Below are positions 27,272 through 32,000 of a DNA stretch of 32,000 bases, one piece after another. The notes under the pieces were generated by a model. It was not told the origin of the DNA and made no database searches. It saw nothing but the letters and a program-made list of their open reading frames with translations. The position numbers and the translations under genes were made by a program. How positions within the stretch are numbered: the first letter of the stretch is position 1; each line of letters begins with the position of its first letter. This DNA comes from Aquifex aeolicus VF5 (lineage in GTDB: Bacteria > Aquificota > Aquificia > Aquificales > Aquificaceae). The stretch lies in assembly GCF_000008625.1 (NCBI RefSeq), contig NC_000918.1:450001-482000 (forward strand), written 5' to 3'.

Positions 27272-28581
27272 TTGAGCACCTCCTCCTTAAGCAGTCCTGC
27301 GGAAAAGAGAGCCTTTGCATAGGCAACGTTACAATCCCTTAAAGCCTTTGCGTACTCGAATCTCGCCATATCCAGCTGGGTTTGAGCGTCGAGAAGGTCA
27401 ACCATGCGTGCCATACCGACCTCGTACCTCTTCTCAATTACCCTGAGGACTTCTTTAGCTTCTTCCTTTCTGGACTTTGCGGACTCAAGAGTTTTAAGGG
27501 CGTTTTCGTACTCTGCGAAAGCCTTGTCTATCTCAAACATTATCGCCTTGGCGAGAAGTTCTCTCTTTCTCTTAAGGGCGAGTTCCTTTTCCTTAAAGCT
27601 CTTTTTCTTATAAATGGGGCTGAGTCCTGTATTGAAGTTCCACTTGAGTCCAACACCCAACATGTAGCCCTCACCCTGACTTCCGAAGGGCGTGTTCTCG
27701 TCGTACATGGAGTAATTGGCAAAGGCGAAGACCTGAGGGAGTATGTCCCCGAGGGCACTTTTCTGACCTTCCTTTAAGGATTTTATGTAGTACTTGAGGG
27801 CGAGGTAGTCTTCCCTGTGGTTTAGTGCCTTTGATTTTAATTCTTCCACTTTAACTGAAGGGCACTTGGAAAAGTCCTTTACGTCAAACTCTCCGTAATT
27901 TTTGTTAGTCAAGAGTTCTAAAGCTTTTTTTGCTACCTCATAGTTGTTTTGAGCCTGAACGAGTTTTTCCTTTGCTTTTGAGAGGTAAACCTTTGCCCTC
28001 AGAACGTCCGCAAAGAGTGCAACACCCGTCTTGTAAGCCTTCTCGGCGAGTCTCACGTGTTCCTCGGCATCTTTTACCGCTTGCTTTGCCACCTCAACGG
28101 CGTTTTTAGCGAGAACCGCATTTGCGTAAGCTTCGTAAACTTTGAGGATTACTTCCTCTTCCTTTCTTCCGTATATAGTCTTGTCCCCCTTCCATTTGTT
28201 CTTCGCCATGTTTTTAAAAGCTCTTAATTTTCCTCCCATCCATATGGGAATTTCCAGAGTTAGTTTAGTTTCAAAGTTCTGGATGGAACCCGGGTCGTTT
28301 AACTTGCTCGGAGTAAAGTCCTGCAAGGTAATCCTTTCCTGGTTTAACTTTGTAAAGAGGTAGTAGGAAGATATATCCGTCTTTGTGTAGGTTTCCTCAA
28401 GCTTTACAGTAGGAAATAGCAACCCTCTCACGGATTTATACTCGTATTCGGAGGCTTTAACTTCCCTTCTTTGAGAGGAGAGTTCTAAGTTATTCTGAAG
28501 GGCGTCTTTTATGAAAACTTTTAGGGGTAATTCCGCTGCAAAAGAGAGTCCTACCAGTAGAAGAAAGCCTATTAATACCAT
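27268..28581 (-). CDS. TolC-family outer-membrane efflux protein
   Basis: Signal peptide MVLIGFLLLVGLSFA. Two repeated helical/coiled-coil halves with A/K/E-rich periodicity typical of OEP proteins. It is the first gene of the tripartite operon, with SD GGAGGAAGAGG upstream. Confidence 0.85.
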   Translation of the reverse strand: MVLIGFLLLVGLSFAAELPLKVFIKDALQNNLELSSQRREVKASEYEYKSVRGLLFPTVKLEETYTKTDISSYYLFTKLNQERITLQDFTPSKLNDPGSIQNFETKLTLEIPIWMGGKLRAFKNMAKNKWKGDKTIYGRKEEEVILKVYEAYANAVLAKNAVEVAKQAVKDAEEHVRLAEKAYKTGVALFADVLRAKVYLSKAKEKLVQAQNNYEVAKKALELLTNKNYGEFDVKDFSKCPSVKVEELKSKALNHREDYLALKYYIKSLKEGQKSALGDILPQVFAFANYSMYDENTPFGSQGEGYMLGVGLKWNFNTGLSPIYKKKSFKEKELALKRKRELLAKAIMFEIDKAFAEYENALKTLESAKSRKEEAKEVLRVIEKRYEVGMARMVDLLDAQTQLDMARFEYAKALRDCNVAYAKALFSAGLLKEEVLK

Positions 28582-28601
28582 ACCTCTTCCTCCAGAAATT
28601 T

Positions 28602-28629
28602 AGTATATCACAATATAAGAATATTCTAA
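28602..28629 (-). promoter_or_regulatory. Candidate promoter TTAGAA-16 nt-TATACT for the TolC-MFP-RND operon, overlapped by palindrome AGAATATTCT
   Basis: On the minus strand, TTAGAA lies at 28629-28624 and TATACT at 28607-28602. A perfect 10-bp palindrome AGAATATTCT at 28618-28627 overlaps the -35 and spacer. Confidence 0.4.
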
Positions 28630-28634
28630 TGTTC

Positions 28635-29876
28635 TTATTTCCACTCTAGAATAAGTTTCACTTCTCTTCCCAGGAAGTCTTTGACAAAAGAACTTCCGCC
28701 TCTGAGGCTTTCAGCTCCTAGGATTATTAAACCCACCTCCTCTTTCATTATCTTTTCTCCATTGTTTTCAATTAACTCTATAACCTCCTCCTTAGAAACT
28801 CCCCTTCCGTCCTGAAGAGTATCTGCGGGAACGCCCCAGAGTTCTTTTGCACTTGGAGAACCTATAAAGAGGACAGAACTCTTTTCCGGCATAAACTCCG
28901 TCTGGAGTTCAGCTTTTACCTTTCCCTTTAGTATTTTTTCTCTGTAAGCGTAGGGAACTATAAACGTAGGATTACTCAGGGGTGTATTTTCAAGGAGAGG
29001 TACGTCTCCGAAGGGCTCTTTCAGTATTATCCTTACAAACTGCTTGTTTAAGAAAAGTTTGTCTCCGTGAACGTGTTCTACCTTCCCCTTTACTATTCCT
29101 CTAATGGACTGGGAGTAGGGATAAACGTATGAAGGTATTACCTCTCCGTCCACTTCTATTTTTCCTTTGAGAACCTTCCAGTTCAGGAAGGGGAACTCGT
29201 ACTCCTTTACGGGGAAGCTGTTTTCTTCGGCAAATATCCTTATCTCTTTTATGAAGTTCCTCTCTTCCTTTGAGCCGGGTCTCCTTCCCAAAAAGCCCAC
29301 TAAATCCCAGAAGATTTTCCCGTTCTTTTGTTTGAAGAGTCCGTATATACAACCGCAGTAATCCTGTTGGTATATCTCCCTCTCCTTTGAGAGTTTAAAC
29401 ATCTCCTGCGTTCCGCCGCCCTTTCTGTAGTCCGGAGCAAGGAACTCAATACCTGTTCTCTTCGTGGCTTCTTCCCCCGCCTTTTTCAACTGGGGAATGC
29501 TCTTTTTAGGACTCATCAAGAGGGTAGTGGTTAAGGCATCGCACCCGAGTTCCTTTGCCACTTCTGCGGATTTCTCCAGCCTGTAATCAAAGCATATTTG
29601 ACAGCGTTTACCCCTTTCGGGCTCGTCCTCGTAGCCTTTTACTCTTTCGAGCCAGTTCTCAAGGTCGTACTCTCCCTCGATCAGGTTTATTCCCAGTTCT
29701 TTGCATATCCTTTCGGTTTCAAGATACCTGAGTCTGTACTCCTCGTAAGGGTGTATATTCGGGTCGTAAAAGTAGCCTATTATCTCGCTCTCAGGGTAAT
29801 CTTCCCGGAGTTTTTTTAAGAAGTAAATAGCATCGGGGGCACAGCAGATATGGACGAGGATTTTACTCTTCTTCAT
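28635..29876 (-). CDS. queH: Epoxyqueuosine reductase QueH (DUF208) domain fused to a ~228-aa uncharacterised C-terminal region
   Basis: The N-terminal ~185 aa carries HICCAPD, RCQIC and DYCGCIYG, the DUF208/QueH cysteine motifs. Residues ~186-413 have no Cys and no motif I recognise. The ATG overlaps the hspR 3' end by 14 nt. Confidence 0.75.
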   Translation of the reverse strand: MKKSKILVHICCAPDAIYFLKKLREDYPESEIIGYFYDPNIHPYEEYRLRYLETERICKELGINLIEGEYDLENWLERVKGYEDEPERGKRCQICFDYRLEKSAEVAKELGCDALTTTLLMSPKKSIPQLKKAGEEATKRTGIEFLAPDYRKGGGTQEMFKLSKEREIYQQDYCGCIYGLFKQKNGKIFWDLVGFLGRRPGSKEERNFIKEIRIFAEENSFPVKEYEFPFLNWKVLKGKIEVDGEVIPSYVYPYSQSIRGIVKGKVEHVHGDKLFLNKQFVRIILKEPFGDVPLLENTPLSNPTFIVPYAYREKILKGKVKAELQTEFMPEKSSVLFIGSPSAKELWGVPADTLQDGRGVSKEEVIELIENNGEKIMKEEVGLIILGAESLRGGSSFVKDFLGREVKLILEWK

Positions 29877-30273
29877 CGCTCTTTTTTTGTCTCGATACTA
29901 TCACTTCTTCAAACTTCATCACCTTGGTTTTGGGAACTTTAACGATGGCCCTCTGGTAGGCTTCTCCCTGGAGTTTTGAGAGTTCGTTTTGGATGAACTC
30001 CATGAGCTGGTCTATCTGCTTTTGCATTTGTTCCATCTGCTCTTTCAGGTTAAGGATTATGTCAACTCCCGCGAGGTTTACACCGAGTTCTCTTGTGAGG
30101 AACAGGATAAACTCGAGTCTTTCTAGGTCCTCGTCCGTGTAGAGTCTTGTGTTTCCTTCGCTTCTGGAGGGTTTTAAGAGTCCCTCCCTCTCGTAAAGTC
30201 TCAAAGTTTGGGGGTGTATATTGTACATCTTAGCGACTACACCTATTGTGTAGTAAGCCTTTCTCTTCTTCAT
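29863..30273 (-). CDS. hspR: MerR-family heat-shock repressor HspR-like
   Basis: MerR-type wHTH YTIGVVAKMYNIHPQTLRLYEREGLL, followed by EDLERL and a coiled-coil tail. It lies immediately downstream of dnaJ. I prefer ATG 30273 (SD GAGGTGA 6 nt upstream) to the GTG 30282 in the ORF track. Confidence 0.75.
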   Translation of the reverse strand: MKKRKAYYTIGVVAKMYNIHPQTLRLYEREGLLKPSRSEGNTRLYTDEDLERLEFILFLTRELGVNLAGVDIILNLKEQMEQMQKQIDQLMEFIQNELSKLQGEAYQRAIVKVPKTKVMKFEEVIVSRQKKSDEEE

Positions 30274-30278
30274 GGCAC

Positions 30279-31409
30279 TCACCTCTCTACAATTCTTTCA
30301 GGCTTTGGAAGAACTTCCTGAAGTTGTTTTAAGAGCTCTTCCACCTTTTTACCGTCCCCAAGAAGCTTACTAAGAACACCAATCTTGGGAACGTCTATGT
30401 GAACCCTGACGTAAAGGTCTCCCCTGCCCGAACCTTTCAGTCTGGGCATACCTTTTCCAGGAACCTTTATGAGTTCTCCCTCTTTAGTTCCGGGTGGTAT
30501 CTTTACCTTTACCTTTTCACCGTCTAAAGTGGGAACTTCCACTTCTGTTCCGAGAACAGCCTCGGGGTAGGTTATGTTTACGTCAACGTACAGGTCGTCT
30601 CCCTTTCTTTCAAAAATCTTGTGGGGTTTTACCTTTACTATGATGTAGAGGTCCCCGGGAGGTCCTCCGTATCTTCCCGCGTGTCCCTTTCCTTCCACTA
30701 CGAGTTTTGAACCATCCCTCACTCCCGGCGGTATCTTTACCTTTATCGTTTCCTTAACGAGTCCGTATCCCCTGCCCGTGCAGGCGTGGCAGTTTTCGTA
30801 AATCACTCCTTCTCCACCGCATGTGGGACAGGTTTGTCTTACCTGGAAGAACCAGTTTCCTTGAACGGTTTCTCCTCTACCACCGCATGTGGGGCACGTT
30901 CTTGACTTTGACTCGTCGTATCCCGTCCCGCCGCAAGCGGAACAGGGGACTTCCCTTTCAACCTCTATGGGAACTGTAGTTCCCTTAAAGGCTTCTTCTA
31001 ACGTAATCTCAACGGGGACAACTATGTCTTCCCCTTTTACGCTCCTCCTTCTCCTTGCCCTCCTTCTTCCCGTAGCCCTTTCAAATATACTTCCTATATC
31101 AAAGTCAAAGAATTCCCTGAGTATTTCCTCTATTGGCGGTATTTCAGTGGTTTCTACCCTCTGCTGTGCTCCTGCACCTTCAAAGGCTGCGTGTCCGTAC
31201 ATGTCGTAGAGTTTTCTCTTTTCGGGATCGGAGAGTACTTGGTAAGCCTCGTTTATCTCCTTGAACTTTTCCTCACACTCGGGTTTCTTGCATATATCCG
31301 GGTGATACTTCCTGACAAGCCTCCTGTAAGCCTTCTTTATTTCTTCCTGCGAAGCGTTTCTCGGTACTCCAAGAATTTCGTAGTAATCCTTTTTAGTAGA
31401 TGAAGCCAT
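30279..31409 (-). CDS. dnaJ: Molecular chaperone DnaJ (type I: J domain, four CxxCxGxG zinc motifs, C-terminal domains)
   Basis: DYYEILGV...YHPD J domain. Zinc motifs [24 protein letters not shown] and [19 protein letters not shown] upstream. Confidence 0.95.
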   Translation of the reverse strand: MASSTKKDYYEILGVPRNASQEEIKKAYRRLVRKYHPDICKKPECEEKFKEINEAYQVLSDPEKRKLYDMYGHAAFEGAGAQQRVETTEIPPIEEILREFFDFDIGSIFERATGRRRARRRRSVKGEDIVVPVEITLEEAFKGTTVPIEVEREVPCSACGGTGYDESKSRTCPTCGGRGETVQGNWFFQVRQTCPTCGGEGVIYENCHACTGRGYGLVKETIKVKIPPGVRDGSKLVVEGKGHAGRYGGPPGDLYIIVKVKPHKIFERKGDDLYVDVNITYPEAVLGTEVEVPTLDGEKVKVKIPPGTKEGELIKVPGKGMPRLKGSGRGDLYVRVHIDVPKIGVLSKLLGDGKKVEELLKQLQEVLPKPERIVER

Positions 31410-31436
31410 AACTTTCCTCCGTTTACCAGAGTAAAT

Positions 31437-31466
31437 AACTTAAAAGTTGAGTTTATTTTTGTCAAG
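31437..31466 (-). promoter_or_regulatory. dnaJ promoter TTGACA-17 nt-TAAGTT overlapped by a HAIR-like inverted repeat (CTTGACA-N7-ACTCAAC)
   Basis: On the minus strand, CTTGACA lies at 31466-31460, a 7-nt spacer follows, and ACTCAAC lies at 31452-31446. Compare the HspR operator consensus CTTGAGT-N7-ACTCAAG. TTGACA is contained in the left arm. TAAGTT lies at 31442-31437. Confidence 0.6.
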
Positions 31467-31479
31467 TTTCAAAATCACA

Positions 31480-32000
31480 CTAAACTAATAAACGTTTAGG
31501 GGAAAGAACACCTCCCTTTAACTCTCCGATACCTATAAATTTAGAGTCTTCATATATCTTAACAAGGCCCTCGTAATCGTAATTCTTTATTAAAATCCTC
31601 TTTCCCTGGAGTATTTTTCCGGCTTCAAAGGTGTTTAGCCTAACTTCGGGGATTACCCTGAAGAGTGTATCCACGGGCAGGACGTACTCCTCCGGATTTT
31701 CCGAAGAGAGAAACTCTTCCAGACTTACCGCTTCCTCAACGCTTATTTCGTCTATCTTCAACCTTCTGAGTTCCTTCATGTAGCCCCCTATCCCGAGCTT
31801 CTTTCCTATATCGTAGGCGAGACTCCTCACGTAACCCCCGGAAGATATTTCGGCCAAGAATTCCGCCTCCTTTTCTCGGGGATTGCAGGAAAGGAGTTCC
31901 AAGGAGTAGACGGTTATCTTCACGGGCTTTAGTTCTACCTTTTTGCCCTTTCTCGCGAGTTCATAAGCCCTCCTACCTTTTATCTTTTTTGCGGAGAAGG
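31480..32000 (-). CDS. truB: tRNA pseudouridine55 synthase TruB, C-terminal part with PUA domain (5' end outside window)
   Basis: The frame stays open to the window edge (..RRAYELARKGKKVELKPVKITVYSLELL..), followed by GGYVRSLAYDIG and a C-terminal PUA-like segment. The M at 31923 in the ORF track is an internal GTG. Confidence 0.9.
   Translation of the reverse strand, partial: FSAKKIKGRRAYELARKGKKVELKPVKITVYSLELLSCNPREKEAEFLAEISSGGYVRSLAYDIGKKLGIGGYMKELRRLKIDEISVEEAVSLEEFLSSENPEEYVLPVDTLFRVIPEVRLNTFEAGKILQGKRILIKNYDYEGLVKIYEDSKFIGIGELKGGVLSPKRLLV

Overview
Dense, almost gap-free chromosomal segment with about 30 CDS and one tRNA. The largest intergenic gap is 110 bp. The proteins are K/E/R-rich and the coding strands purine-rich, and a reverse gyrase tail is present. 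From memory, gene content and protein sequences match an Aquificales hyperthermophile, most likely the Aquifex aeolicus hydrogenase I locus. I cannot confirm this without BLAST.

Gene order:
- Reverse gyrase 3' end and tRNA-Phe.
- 2Fe-2S ferredoxin.
- Membrane-bound [NiFe] hydrogenase operon on the + strand: small subunit, large subunit, cytochrome b, HupE, HupD protease, HyaE-like, HupH/HyaF-like, HypB, HypF.
- Solitary atpC, an NPPF methyltransferase, plsY, a cysteine-rich lipoprotein, and solitary atpA.
- ArsA/Get3-like ATPase with an HSP20-like tail, then metallophosphoesterase, LMW-PTP-type ArsC and uvrA.
- GGDEF cyclase, trmFO and kdsB.
- A minus-strand array: truB, then dnaJ-hspR-(QueH fusion), then TolC-MFP-RND, then an OM porin.

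I saw no IS elements, integrases, CRISPR arrays, prophage genes or a recognisable defence island. I cannot point to a clear, novel multi-gene system.

The most second-look-worthy items are:
- A 16-Cys coiled-coil lipoprotein of unknown function.
- A QueH (DUF208) protein with a ~228-aa uncharacterised C-terminal half, embedded in an HspR/HAIR-controlled dnaJ operon.
- A cysteine-poor ArsA-like/HSP20 ATPase next to a translationally coupled phosphoesterase-ArsC pair, with no arsenite pump.
- A recurrent pattern of -10-like hexamers 7-10 nt upstream of ATGs that lack Shine-Dalgarno sequences, suggesting leaderless mRNAs.

All family assignments come from motif recognition by eye. No searches were run.
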